From the NCBI GenBank assembly GCA_973895155.1, contig OZ316899.1:6265241-6329240 (forward strand): 64,000 bases of DNA, read 5' to 3'. This document shows positions 1-11,837 of the stretch, piece by piece. Numbering within the stretch: position 1 is the stretch's first letter; each line of letters starts with the position of its first letter. Under the pieces are notes generated by a model. It searched no databases, was not told the DNA's origin, and saw only the letters and a program-made list of their open reading frames with translations. The position numbers and the translations under genes are program-made. Source of the DNA: Marsupella aquatica. Its lineage: Eukaryota; Plantae; Marchantiophyta.

Positions 1-2334
1 CACCGGAAGTGGAGTTTTCAAGTTTGTGCTTGAAACTCCTTTGTATCTTTGTTTTTTACGTGTTGTCACAAGGAGTACGTCGGGGCGGTGAGAATCTTCT
101 ACAACAATTGCCCTTCCACGGACAGAACCGCGCGGAACCCTTCGTGTGGTGAAATCACCTGGTTCCTCTTGGGAGTATGGGCACATAGATGGTTTGATCA
201 TTGTTTTGTTGAGGGCTGGGAAGAAATTTTCCACCTTTCCAGACAACCTTGCATGTTGAATTTCAAGTTCAAAGAAACTTGGACCTCGCCCTTTCCTCCC
301 ATGGTCTCGATAGTTCAGATAGACACCAATCTAACACCTTGCTCTAAGTGCATCCAGTGTGCATGATTCCACAAGCCCAATTTTCTTGTTCGGTGACCAA
401 CGCCTCATGACGGCGTGTATTGACTCTACATCGCTTTGGTTTGGCATAAGTGCCAACTCCTCTTAATTCATTTCCTACAAGAGAACCATGGAACGATTAC
501 ATCAGTCAATTGTCCCCTACTTCTCATCCATTCAAATGATGAAAATATGACCGCAAACTTACCAGACGCAAGAAGTTGCCCCACTGGGACCATCGAACCA
601 CCCACCAAGAGAGCCAACTTGTCAAGTGCTTTACTTGGTTGGGAATTGCATTCCCTTTGGCCCACCAATCCTTGATCTTTTCAAAAGTTTGAAAAGCAAT
701 AACAACGTTTCCGGCATCTCTCAATTCCTCCAATAATTGCTTGTGCTTGATTCTTTTTGATTTGAGTATCGCTCTCCAAGTCATCAGCTCCACAGATTGA
801 GCCTAGTGAAAAGCGTCTGATCGCTCTCGCTTTTTGTTAACCTTACCATCCCAAAAGATATTCCTAATAGCGGTCCACCCTGCTTGTGCGTTATCAGCTA
901 TAAAGCCATGGAATTGAAGGAATTCAATGCCATGAGCCTGACAAACCCTCTTACATACTCTCCAAGCAGTTTCAAGAGCCACAGTATCTTCTGATTGTAA
1001 CTCGCAGATGAAAATGGTGGAGAGGGCTTGCAATTTATGATCATACACATGCGCCAACATAGTCAACCAGTCCTCTTCACTCCTGTGCATTACATCGGAC
1101 ATGACCCAACAGTCTCCAAGATCCCCCCCCAGGTTGCATGCGTCAAATGAGTTCCAATCCAGATCCTGGTCCATCAATACTCATCTTGAAAATATGTGGG
1201 CGCTCTTTTGTTCCCAAATTTTGTCCTGGGAAGAGTACACTCTGTACAAAGGAGAAGACTGTTTCTTTTTGTAGCTCAAGTATCCGAGAAATATCGGACT
1301 CCTTATGCTGGTACTTCTTCAGACTTCTCACCAGCTTTCGGATGGTTGATCCGTCGTTCAAGATTCCCAAAGTCTCATCAAGATCCTCTGCTTCTTGTTG
1401 TGTGAGTGTTGTCGCAACATTATCTTTGAACATCTCCTTCAAAGCACGGACAGTCTCACGCTTTAGATCAGTGGTGTCTTTATGGCAGCCTTTGCGAACA
1501 AGCTTTTGAGCAATGCCCGTCGCTGCCAATTTTGCGTATATTTAGGAGGGTGGATATGATTTCCGTGATGTATTGCCCCTTGAGACATGTGAATATATTT
1601 GTCTCTAGGTGTCTTTGGGCTCGGATTGATGTACCACATAACTGCAGGACAAGATCTGATACAAACAGGAGGCTGGTGGCAAAATGAACAGACCATACTC
1701 TCAGCGGGAACTCTTTTTCCTGGTGGGAATGGTTTTTGGGTCCCTTAATTACGTCCCACTCGACTGCGTTCTCCCCATCTTTCTCCGTTCGAAGACCACA
1801 TCTTGGATTGTTGCAAACAAGAGACCCGACACATCGGACCGACCCAATCTTGTACATGTGCTTACGGCCACCAAATTGTGGGCCAATTTGGGCAGTCGTC
1901 TCAGTCATCTTTCCCCAAATATAGCAGTTAGACTTGCGGTCCATGCCTTTTAAAAATGCGCCCTTAAAATGCTCACCAGTGTAAGGGGGGAATTCGTAAA
2001 CATGATCTCCATCGTACGATTGAGGCAATTCGATGATTCGCTCAAAATATTGCTTCTGCAAGATTGTCTTCGCAAGATTGACAAAATTGCTGCTTCCTGA
2101 ACCTTTGAGGATGGCAGAAATTACACTGATGAGGAAGTTATCGAGCTGGATACCAGGCCAACCATGATAGTGATCAATGTTCGGAGACATCTTTGCTTCC
2201 CGTATGGAAGTTTTCTCATCATCTTGACCTCCCAAAAATGTCTTGGATTCCATAGGAAACTTGTGGAGACTATATGAAGCTCCGTATTCGAGGAGCCAAA
2301 TTTTTGCGTCTCCGAGACCCTCAAAGTCTGCCAC
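1..2334 (-). pseudogene. Mutator-superfamily DDE transposase with N-terminal GCM/WRKY-like zinc domain (frameshifts and stops)
   Basis: Consecutive minus-strand ORFs give CVGSLVCNNPRC...CSFC...C...HGNHIHPP (GCM-like), then DVMH (D1), GFIADNAQAGWTAIRNIF (D2) and SDAFH ((C/D)xxH). After a GT-AG intron near 475-560, my manual translation gives MPNQSDVESIHAVM (E). A collinear homolog lies at 44310-46070 and 49868-50322. Confidence 0.8.
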
Positions 2335-2903
2335 AAATTCATCACGGCGATGGATTGAGAATTGTGTAGAGGTCAGGCCAAATCGCGTGGCGACCTCCTG
2401 GTGGAGTGTTCTTCAAAATGTTGTCCCAGGAACTTGAGGAAACAAAAGTGACTCCTCACTTTCTCGACAAATGATCCGAACCCCATTCATCGGAACAGAC
2501 TTTTCAGAAACATTCCCCCTGACATTGCTCGTGGTCGCTTTTAGTTCGATGTAAATGTCCAAAATGTGCCGTACTTATTAACTGTTTTCACGACTCTGTG
2601 CTGGATTTTGCACGGAGTTGATTGGACAATGTACGATCTTTATGCAAGAAAGGACGAACTCTATTCGAGCAGAATATGACTAATATCATCGAAAACCAAA
2701 ATATAGGTCAGATTTAGGTCTCCTAACATAAAGTTTGATATGTGAGCGAGTGTCGCCGAGTGTATGAAAAGGAATTGTCGAGATAGTTTTGCATCTTCTA
2801 AGTGTCTCAATCACAAGTTTGATATTTCAGCGAGGGTCGCTGAAGTGATTGAAAGGAATTTTGGAGGTCTGATTTTGCGTCTGTCGAGTATATCATGCCG
2901 GTG

Positions 2904-3360
2904 TTTCATCTCTCAGCGAGGATCGCCGACAGCCTTTGAAATGAATTTTGGACGTGATTTTGTGTTGGTTAAGTCTATGAATCGGGAGTTTCAACTCTCA
3001 GCGAGGGTTGCCAACAACCTTCAAAATGAATTCGGGACGTGATTTTGCGTTGGTTAAGTCTGTGAATCGGGAGTGTCATCTCTCAGCGAGGGTCGCCGAC
3101 AGCATTTGAAATGAATTTTGGACGTGATTTTGCGTTGGTTAAGTCTATGAATTGGGAGTTTCAACTCTCAGCAAGGGTCGCTGACAGCCTTCGAAATGAA
3201 TTCTGGACATGATTTTGCGTTGGTTAAGTCTATGAATCGGGAGTTTCATCTCTCAGCGAGGGTCTCCGACAGCATTTGAAATGAATTTTGGACATGATTT
3301 TGCGTTGGTTAAGTCTGTGAATCGGGAATCATCTCTCAGCTCTCAACAAGGATCGCCGAG
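2904..3360. repeat. 85-bp tandem repeat, about 5.3 copies, each carrying one TCRGCGA-N3-TCGCYGA palindrome
   Basis: tctcagc(g/a)ag recurs at 2911, 2996, 3081, 3166 and 3251, with shared gaaatgaattttggacgtgattttgcgttggttaagtc flanks. Confidence 0.95.
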
Positions 3361-3905
3361 GGAATCAAAATGAATTTAAGTGGTGGTTTTGGGTTATTGT
3401 AGTCTCTCCAATGGTCTTTGAATTCTCAGCGAGGGTCGCTGAAGTATTAGAGGGTAAATTCATCTGGCCTTTCATGTTCTTCATTCTCGGCGAGCCTCGC
3501 TGAGAGTTAGAGTTGCTTTTTCTGGCATGAAATTTGTAGTCGAGACTATAAAATTGTCTTTTCTTTGCAGGGTGGAGACGGTCGATATTTTTCTTATTGA
3601 GCGGGGCTTGGCCTTCTTGGTCTGGTCGGGACCTCTCTTGATCCTCAGCGAGGGTCGCCGAGCGTTTTTTATGTTGAGGGAAGATGTTTATTATTTCCAT
3701 ACTTTACCGTCAGATTTTGACGGGTGTCAAAATCTGGGTGGGTTAAACGTGCGGACTAATCTCCCCTTACCTTGGGTACTTTGTTCAGTTTGTTGGATCT
3801 TGAATCCTTTTACCTCAAATGGAGGTCCCTGGTGGATTTCGTAGTTAGGGTGGGTAGATATGAGGGCAATGGAATGGCGCTGGATGATTCTTGTTTAGAG
3901 TTGGA

Positions 3906-4090
3906 AGGTTTGTGGAGATAAGTCATGCCCTCATTTTTGTTTACTCTGAGGTTTTCAGCTTGGGGTTCATCGAGTACATGTTGGAGAGATGGCAGGAGGT
4001 TTGTGGAGATAAGTCGTGCCCTCATTTTCCTTTACTCTGAGGTTTTCAGCTTGGGGTTCATCGAGTACATGTTGTTGGAGAGATGGCAGG
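3906..4090 (+). repeat. About 91-bp tandem duplication that includes the predicted start codon (ATGGCAGG)
   Basis: aggtttgtggagataagtc...gagagatggcagg starts at 3906 and again at 3997. Confidence 0.9.
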
Positions 4091-4770
4091 GAAGAAAAAG
4101 AATTCCAAAGAAACACCTGGAGTGTCACAAAAGTCCATTCGATCGACAAGATCAAACGCTGTCCCCATGGATGTTGAGGGAACAGATGTTGACAAGGGGA
4201 AGCTTGTACCAAAACACTTGAATTTTGATTATCTCCCTGCGGACCGTTTGAATGAGATCAAAGACAAGGGAACTTTTGATACAATCGTAAGTGACTTTGT
4301 CGTCAAGTTTGAGGGCCCGGGTGGGACAGCAGTGGAAGCTCCAAGGATTCCTCTGTGCCGATTGATAACAATGGAGGCGGTGAGAACACTCTAGCAATCT
4401 TCGTTGACTAAATTGAAGACTGATTTTATGGTGAATGGATATTTCCCAAAGATGAATTAGTTCCATGTGACGGAGTTTGATAAATTTAGTCAACGAGATC
4501 ATTTGATAAATTTGAAGCAGATTGGGACCCAATGTGGATCAAGCTAAATCAGGATTTTGAGGCTGAGTGTGACGCAATGAAGGATTTCAAGCAGCTGAAA
4601 GGGAAGATGTTTTATGTGTTTGATGGAAACCATCGATTGAACGCTTGGATGGCTGTGGCGAATGAGTATCCAAGTGAGATCAAATTCCATCCTCGAGTCA
4701 AATGCACAATTCTGAATCCCGGTGATTCCGGTTCCAGGATAATTGAGCAAGCGATGCACGCGCTAAACGA
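4083..4770 (+). pseudogene. ParB/Sulfiredoxin-like N-terminal domain exon
   Basis: IPLCRLITMEAVRTL*QSSLTKLKTDFMVNGY ... KMFYVFDGNHRLNAW matches the ParB/Srx pattern IPL..L....R.......L..SI...G...Y.IIDG(H/N)HRL.A. Confidence 0.75.
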
Positions 4771-6666
4771 GTGAGTGATCTATTTCTGTTCCAGTTCAGA
4801 TCATTTAGGGTTGCAGATATATTCATACTCTGTTTACTTAGAATCAACGCAAAAGTTTTGGCGCATGGATGTTTAGGTTTCCTAATATATTGATGCTCTG
4901 TTTACTTAGGATGAGCGCAAATGTTGTGGAGACATCATGGCTTATGGATGCAGATCGCGCCAAAAAGATCTTAGGAACAAAATTGGAGGAGTACAAGCCA
5001 CTATTAGGTGGCGGACTCTATGAAAAGTTTCTTGTGCAGAGAGATAAGTGTCCAAGAGCCGGTTGGTATCAAGAAAACCTGACAATCGATGCGGCTGCCT
5101 ATATAATGTCATGGGCAAATATCGAAGCTGGTCGAGTGAACATGGCAAAACAGATGGAGAAAGATAAAGAAAAGGGCTTTCCATGGAGTGAGGAGGACTT
5201 CAAGCGCGAGGTTCAAGCAATGACGGATATGTGCACGAAGGACTGGATTGCAAAGTTGCCAAAGTTAGCCACTGTTGTAAATCCAATTCATGGAGATCGG
5301 TGGCTGGAGTTGTGTGGAGAATTGTACAGAAAGTGTCAGATTGATCGGAAGATGAATCATTCGGCAGTTTCCTGTGGCTTAGATAGAGCTAGAATGTTTG
5401 TTGGGAAGGGATTACCCAACGAACTGCAAAACAAATTGTTGGAAGTTCACTATGCGGGGCCTGAGATGAAAAAAAAATACTTCCATCATGATAGCTACTC
5501 CGAGAAGGAAATCAGAGCTTGGTTGAACTCATGGGCAACGTGGGCTTATATAGACCTGGTTGGATGTCAGATTTTGACCCATTTTGCTCAAACAGCCATT
5601 GCTCAAGACGAAGTTCAGAACTTTGAAATTCAGCCAAATGTTGAAAATGTAGAAGTAGAAGTATCCCAGTTTTGTGACATGCATGTTGAAAACTACAAGG
5701 CGTATATTAGGGAAAAATCCTTTGAATTTGGGAAGAAGACTTGGAATCCTACTAAGTCCAACAAGCCCATCTGGAGAAAGAGAGCAAAGCGTTGTGTCGT
5801 GAGATACTTACTTGAAGGTGAGAAGAGTGGAAACTCTACCTGGAAAGTTCTCCCTGCCGCTCTTACAGTTTGGATGGACACCAAGAGTGCTTGTTCAATG
5901 TATCCGTCTGATGGAGCCTGCCCTAAAGGGAGAACACTCCATGACTGGGAGCGTCAGAATTGTTCATGGTATCTAGAGTACAAGGACTGGAACTACTATC
6001 CTGTTGAGGCTGAGAAGGATGCAGCAAAAACTATCAAGAAAGGGAATTTGCCCGACTATGGATTTGAAACAAGCAAGCTCCAAAGCAAGGATAACTCGTT
6101 GCAACTTGCGAAGGCTTTGGAGAGAATTCTCCCAAAAGGTGAGATCAAGATTGACGAGAAAAAGACGCGAGCTCCAGTTGAGAAGAAATCCATCTCAGAT
6201 ACCGGTTCGGATCACGACAGGGCAAAAGGTAAGTTATTTGAATCAATGTTTGTAGCTACGGTGCTTGTTTAGCGCTTATTTGGTGCTTTGAATTTTGACA
6301 GTTGAGTTTCTCACTTCAGATCCAAAGTCCTTGACTGAGTTAAGAAGTCCAGGATTGACCGAGAGCAAGGTCTCGGCGGACCATTTCCCAAATGCCAAAT
6401 CGAACAATCACCATGATGATGAGGATGACAATGAAATTGAGGCTCAGGATAAAGATAACGAGAGTCAGTCGAGACTCCAGACGCCGCCAACGGGATTGCC
6501 TGAAGAAGGGAGACAAAGCTGCAAGGAGACAAAGAAAAGGATCGATGAAACCGACAGCAGGACGAAGCGATTTGATCCAAAGAGAACACCAAGGCGGGAG
6601 GGAAAGAATGTCCTTAAGCAGGAAGAGGACGGAACATAAGTCTACGGACTAGTCAGGTTAAATCAT

Positions 6667-7906
6667 TTGCTACATCTTCCCTCCCAATTTCTTCACTTTC
6701 ACGGGATCCTCCCTGACATTAATGCCTCCTTCCAAAAGCACGGTCAGCACCCGATCATTCAGAAGTATGGTGCGTGGTGTAACCAATTGAGAAGTGACGG
6801 ATTGTTACGGAAAACTTGGAAAGTCCATGGCCACGAAAAAAGGGTTGCGGTGGACTTAATGATTCTTCAGCTCGGGATAGACACCAACAGAGATATCAAG
6901 AAAGATGTCGTCCCCAAATGGAATCGGTTCCAGAGCACCGATCTAGATTTTGTTCTAGAATTTGCGGATACTTTTATGGCCGATTCTGGTTTTCTTTGCA
7001 TTATCCACAGTGGTTTGCTTGGCCACTCTTCTATTATCCATGAGTTGCTCGACCGCGACAGCACAGATTTCCAGCACCACTTGTCTCTTGTTATTTGGAA
7101 TCAAACACTGACATACGAACCCATATCAAAATGCACGGTATTGTCCGCCTCGTTCTCCCACCTTCTCATTATTTCATGGATTGTTTTGACTCCAGAAAGA
7201 CTCAACGAGGGTCGTTGAGAACCACGAACCAAGTTTTTTGTCAGTTGCGGTTTTTCACGGAGGCTGTTTCAGCGAGCCTCGCTGAGATGGTCCTCCGATG
7301 TTACTCGCTTCGATTTTGTGCCCAAGTTCAATTCCCCTATAATATTTTTCTATTATTTTTGTTGTAGAGCGAATACTTCAGGCTGGAAGTTGTCAGAACT
7401 AAAGTCCAAAACTCCCAAGAGAATCTGTTTTGAATATCTCGAGCGATCTGAATCTTGTGAGTAGGAATGCTCTTTCAAATTACACAACACCGGAGGTCGA
7501 TTCAAGCAACGACATGTGCGTGGGAACCCTATCCGCCGAAACACTCCAGTCCATCATTGAATTCTTGACCGCACCACAAGATATTATCTTTGATTGGAAT
7601 GCACATTTTGGAGCGATATACCAGGCGGGAGAGAATTGTGGTCGAGTAGTGTTTGGGGTTGAAGGATGGGATTACTTTGGCAACTCGGCAAAAAGGATTT
7701 GCAATCAATACCTGTCCAAAACGGCCGTGATTGCCCCCGCGGATCCCGATGACTCCGAAAGTCCAAAGAAGAAACGGAAAACAAAATTAAAGGCAAGAAC
7801 TGGGATGAGACACCTTAACATCTCGGACGATGATGCTGGATTTTGTCCTTTACCTCTTTCGACAAAGGCGGTGGATGACGATGAGGATAGTGACTCCAGT
7901 AAGTAA
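6667..7906 (+). pseudogene. Beta-class N4C/N6A DNA methyltransferase-like domain (degenerate motifs)
   Basis: VDLMILQL sits at the position of VDLIxTDPPY. DFVLEFADTFMADSGFLCII resembles R.LKPGG.L.I. ETLQSIIEFLTAPQDIIFDWNAHFGAIYQAGENCGRVVFGVE resembles LI..LI...T.PGD.VLDPF.GSG....AA...GR..IG.E. The catalytic-then-SAM motif order is that of beta-class amino-MTases. Confidence 0.65.
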
Positions 7907-8567
7907 CCAGTTTCCTGTTTGAATGAATGTATCACATTATTTGTTATCTACTTCGATTCGCTCCCGCATTAACTCGATTCCATCCCTTGATAACACAAGT
8001 ACCGCATTGACTATCAATTTACTGCCGAATAACCAGTCGGAAACAGGGACTACGAAAGTGAGGAGTGGTCGGCTGTCAAAAGGAATAAAGTGACAAAAGC
8101 CTGGGAGCTTGCTGAAATGAATTCAACTCCTTTGCAGCCACTTAAGCTTCCTTCTTATGCTGAGCTGGCCGCAAGGCAATCAGTATTATACAAGAGGCTG
8201 GTTAAAATAGGCAACCACGGAAAACAAGAACTTAGGAGAAGCAATCTGTATATTGATGATCTTGCTGTAGAGAGCACCGAACCTGATGGAAGCGATAGTG
8301 GAGAGAAGAGTGATAATGATGATTTGCCACATCCGGAAATATCTGTTTCAGGGACCAGTGAGGAAGGCAATTATGCTAGTGAATAATTTGACTTTAGAAG
8401 CAAGTAGCTCGGGTATTTGGATCGCAATGTACTTTGTATTGAGCATTTATAATTACTAAGACAGTATCCTATTCTTTGCAATTGCAGCACGGAGTAAGAT
8501 CTGTGGGAGGGAGGAAGTCGATACCAAGTCTAGGAAGTCAATTCAGGGTCAGCAACTCGAGGGTGAC

Positions 8568-9353
8568 GTGCGCTCGATTATGAAAGTAATTAAAGGTGAC
8601 CCGATCGGTCAACAAATGTTTCCGTCAGTCGCGTCCATAACTAACGTGGAAGCAAACTTGCAGCGATTTCACGAGATTGTATCCGTGTGCCTTGACCCAC
8701 AAGCTCCCCTGGAGGAATACATCTTGAAGAACGATGAATGCAGCCTTACTCGGAGAGAAATGATGTGCCTTCAAGATCGCGAATGGTTATGTGACGATGT
8801 CATGAATGCTTACATGGCATTGTTGTTTGATCGACAGAAGACATCATTGACTGGCAAAAAATGTCATTTGTTCATCACCCAATTCTTCCCGATTCTTAAT
8901 CAACGAACGGGATACAACTACAAAACTGTTCGAAAGTGGACAGGTCGCTCCTTGTTATGTGATTGTGATCTCGTATTCGTTCCTCTTCACAAGGTAATGA
9001 GCAAACGAGCGCATCATTGGGGCTTGGCAGTAATTGACATGAAAGGATGTCAACTCCATTACTTTGACTCTCTTGAATTGCCCCCCGATCCTGGTGCTCT
9101 CGACCTCCTTGCCAAATATATTGACGATGAAGCCCATTATAAATCCCGAAAAACTCTAAACGCCGAATCATGGCCTCAATTTAATTTTCCCGACCTTCCT
9201 CTTCAAAAAGATGATTACAATTGTGGAGTATTTGTACTCAAATACGCTGAGTACCTCGCTGCAGATTTGCCCTTTGATTTCTTTTCGAGCGACATGCTTT
9301 ACTTTAGGAGAAAGATGGTCTTTGATTTGTTCAACTGGAAGATCTCGGTTTAG
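8568..9353 (+). CDS. Ulp1/SENP-family (peptidase C48) SUMO protease domain, open frame with intact triad
   Basis: REWLCDDVMNAYM, HHWGLAVID (His), YFDSL (Asp), QKDDYNCGVFVLKYAE (Gln oxyanion residue and Cys), and DMLYFRRKM. Confidence 0.92.
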   Translation: MRSIMKVIKGDPIGQQMFPSVASITNVEANLQRFHEIVSVCLDPQAPLEEYILKNDECSLTRREMMCLQDREWLCDDVMNAYMALLFDRQKTSLTGKKCHLFITQFFPILNQRTGYNYKTVRKWTGRSLLCDCDLVFVPLHKVMSKRAHHWGLAVIDMKGCQLHYFDSLELPPDPGALDLLAKYIDDEAHYKSRKTLNAESWPQFNFPDLPLQKDDYNCGVFVLKYAEYLAADLPFDFFSSDMLYFRRKMVFDLFNWKISV

Positions 9354-10272
9354 GCAAAAAGTTTGGCGAGACCGCTGAAATACCTTCCACACAGAAGATT
9401 GTTCTCGGCGAGGTTCGCCAAACCATTTTTGAAATTTGTTGATCAAACTTTGGGAGTCCCATTAAAATTAGGGTACCACCCATATTACCTAGGTTCAGTC
9501 CTCAGCGAGGGTCTCCGACAAGTTTTTGATAGAGTCTCGGCGAGCCTCACCAACCAATGACTAGAGAATACTTCTCAGCGAGCCTCGCCGACCACATTTT
9601 GTCTGGATGTTTCCACGTCGTCAAATTTTGCCAATGGAGAGTCCTTTTCACTCGCACCCAAATCTTGCAATCTTGTCAGGATCCGTACTGGAAACCAAAC
9701 GATATGGTCCATTGTATTTTTTACAATCCGTATTGCTTCGATACGGTAATGTATGGTTGATACCAAAATTTCCCATAGCTTGTACGTACGTACTCAAACC
9801 ACGGACTTGGACATACTCAAATGAGAGTTCATTTACAAATGTCTGTGACAGACTGATATCTCGCATGGCCCGATCATACCTCGCGTGTAAAGCACAAAAG
9901 CATTACCACGGATTGATTTGTGGAGTTCGTTGGGTTGCAAAGTTGCAAGGGAGAGGTTTAGGGTAAGAAGATTCTTATCCACCAAATCTAATATTGCAAG
10001 TACTCATTCAAGGATTAACGGTTTGTCCGATCCGTCGTTTTGTCCGTACATCCGTCGTCCGTACATCCGCCGCCATTTCAGTCTCAAAAATTATTTTTGA
10101 AGCGGGGCACGCGGGCCCATTAATCGAAGACATTGTAAGGAGGTCTGGTCCCTTTAGAGTGTGCCCGTTGCGGGTGGCGAGAAGGCGGTATACTCCGGTG
10201 TACAAGAATAAGCGGTCGACTATAGAAATCTGCAACCTCTTCACTGTATCAATCTACAACCTCTTCAGCGTC

Positions 10273-10914
10273 ATGGAAAACCTTCCAACAGTCATGGATA
10301 TGGAGCTCAAAAAGAGGATGACAATAATGCAAGCCAAGTCGGACAAACTTCAAGCTGAATTTTGCAGACATCGAGCCCGCATCCAAGAAGATCGAGCCCG
10401 GATTTGGATTGCATTTCCTCAACTCGATAACCTGATTCCAGGCTTGCCGGATGATATCGTCGAGTTGCACATTTGGCCGCGAATCCGTCAAGCGTTTGAA
10501 GAAGTTGTTCATCTTGATGATTCAGAATCGAGAGTTATATTGAATATGGTCCGTTTGACTACGCACGTAAGCAAGAAATGGAGGCACTTAGTATCAAACT
10601 GTAAGGCGTGGGCTGTTCTATGTTCCTCATACCAGTTTTGTGGGCACCAACTAAGTCATCACTTTGCATATGTGTATCATGAAACTCACAAAGGTTATCC
10701 TCCCATCGATATTTGGAGTCGCCTTCCTCTTGAGGAAACTGTTTGCCGTTCGAGCATCTGGTTGGAATATGATTTTGATTTGGTTGATTACTACTTCAAA
10801 GTGTATGGTGTTCAGAAGAGCCGCGTTGAATACTGGAAATTGACGCGTTCCGGTAACCACTTCATAGAGCAGATCCGGAATGCTTCTGAGCTCCTCTCGG
10901 AACTTGGTCTTTAG
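10273..10914 (+). CDS. Coiled-coil + atypical F-box protein (213 aa from ATG 10273)
   Basis: LIPGLPDDIVELHIWPRI ... LTTHVSKKWRHLV is a plant F-box start and end separated by an insertion. It is paralogous to the ORFs at 12827, 14087 and 31128. Confidence 0.65.
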   Translation: MENLPTVMDMELKKRMTIMQAKSDKLQAEFCRHRARIQEDRARIWIAFPQLDNLIPGLPDDIVELHIWPRIRQAFEEVVHLDDSESRVILNMVRLTTHVSKKWRHLVSNCKAWAVLCSSYQFCGHQLSHHFAYVYHETHKGYPPIDIWSRLPLEETVCRSSIWLEYDFDLVDYYFKVYGVQKSRVEYWKLTRSGNHFIEQIRNASELLSELGL

Positions 10915-11260
10915 TAGAATTACTACACAGGCGTTCTTTACTAGATAGGCATTCTTTACTAGATAGCACTGCCATAGATCGATCCAGATTTTGTTTTGTT
11001 AGTCCAAGATGCATTTGTTCGTGAATTCAAAATATATTGCAATTTTTCCTGTCAAGACTCGATTGACATGGTCAATTTTGCGCGGACAATTTTGCACCTC
11101 CTCTCACCTTTCAGCGAGGCCGCCGACCACTTCATCTTTTTTCCTCATCTCTCAGCGAGGGTCGCTGAAATGGTAGGCGAATGACCAATGTCAATCTATT
11201 TTTAAAATATTCAATGGAAAGTCATTCCACAAATTGTACTTTTATATCATTCCAAAATCC

Positions 11261-11645
11261 AGCTTTAAGAATTGAATGAAGATAGACTAAATTGAATTTT
11301 GGAGTATCGCATCTCTCGGCGAGGCTCGCTGAGTTTCCCAAATTGGTCCTTGTCGACTTGAGTGAGCCTATTTTGGACTATTCTCATCCCTCGGCTATGG
11401 TCGCAGAGGGAAAGGATAGTACGAATGGTTGTCATGTACCAAGTCTCCGTATAACAGAAGCTTTAAGAACTGAATGAAGATGAACTGAATTGAACTTTGG
11501 AGTATCGCATCTCTCGGCGAGGCTCGCTGAGATTCCCAAATTGGTACTCGTAGACTTGGGTGAGCCCATTTTGGACTATTCTCATCCCTCGGCTATGGTC
11601 GCAGATGGAAAGGACAGTACGGATGGTTGTCCTGGACCAAGTGTC
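11261..11645. repeat. About 198-bp tandem duplication containing two palindrome variants per unit
   Basis: agctttaagaa(t/c)tgaatgaagat...ggagtatcgcatctctcggcgaggctcgctgag starts at 11261 and 11459. Confidence 0.9.
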
Positions 11646-11837
11646 CTATAACATAATCATTTCCAAATAATGATTGGAGGTATCCTGGAATGTCCGTGCA
11701 GGCACTGTTGACGTTAAGATTGTGCATCGAGGATTTGTATAAGAGGTGTGTTACGACCAGGAATTAAGAGCGTCAGACAATTTCCATCGTGTATCATTTT
11801 GATCTTTGGAACTGAGTTGGGAGTGAGAAATATAATA

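Larger units (their letters stand above)
4083..9353 (+). pseudogene. Predicted 6-exon ParB/Srx-domain + amino-DNA-methyltransferase-like + Ulp1 fusion gene (several stops and frameshifts)
   Basis: Introns 4771-4909, 6229-6301, 7899-8036 (GT-AG) and 8367-8487 (GC-AG) are phase-compatible with the flanking ORFs. Intron 7138-7367 (GT-AG) needs a frameshift near 7400-7430. Other lesions: TAG 4392, a second TAG and a frameshift near 4460-4530, and TAA 6637. Confidence 0.6.

Noticed and set aside
2764-3844. ORFs of 90-110 aa across the 85-bp repeat and spacer
   Set aside because: Composed of the repeat and palindrome sequence, with no protein motifs.
4083-7906. Bacterial or phage contamination as the source of ParB-MTase
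   Set aside because: The gene has GT-AG introns in compatible phase and is embedded among plant TEs and eukaryotic Ulp1/F-box domains.
8568-9353. Host SUMO protease gene
   Set aside because: The catalytic domain is intronless, flanked by the element-specific palindromes and next to a transposase, so it is better explained as TE cargo.
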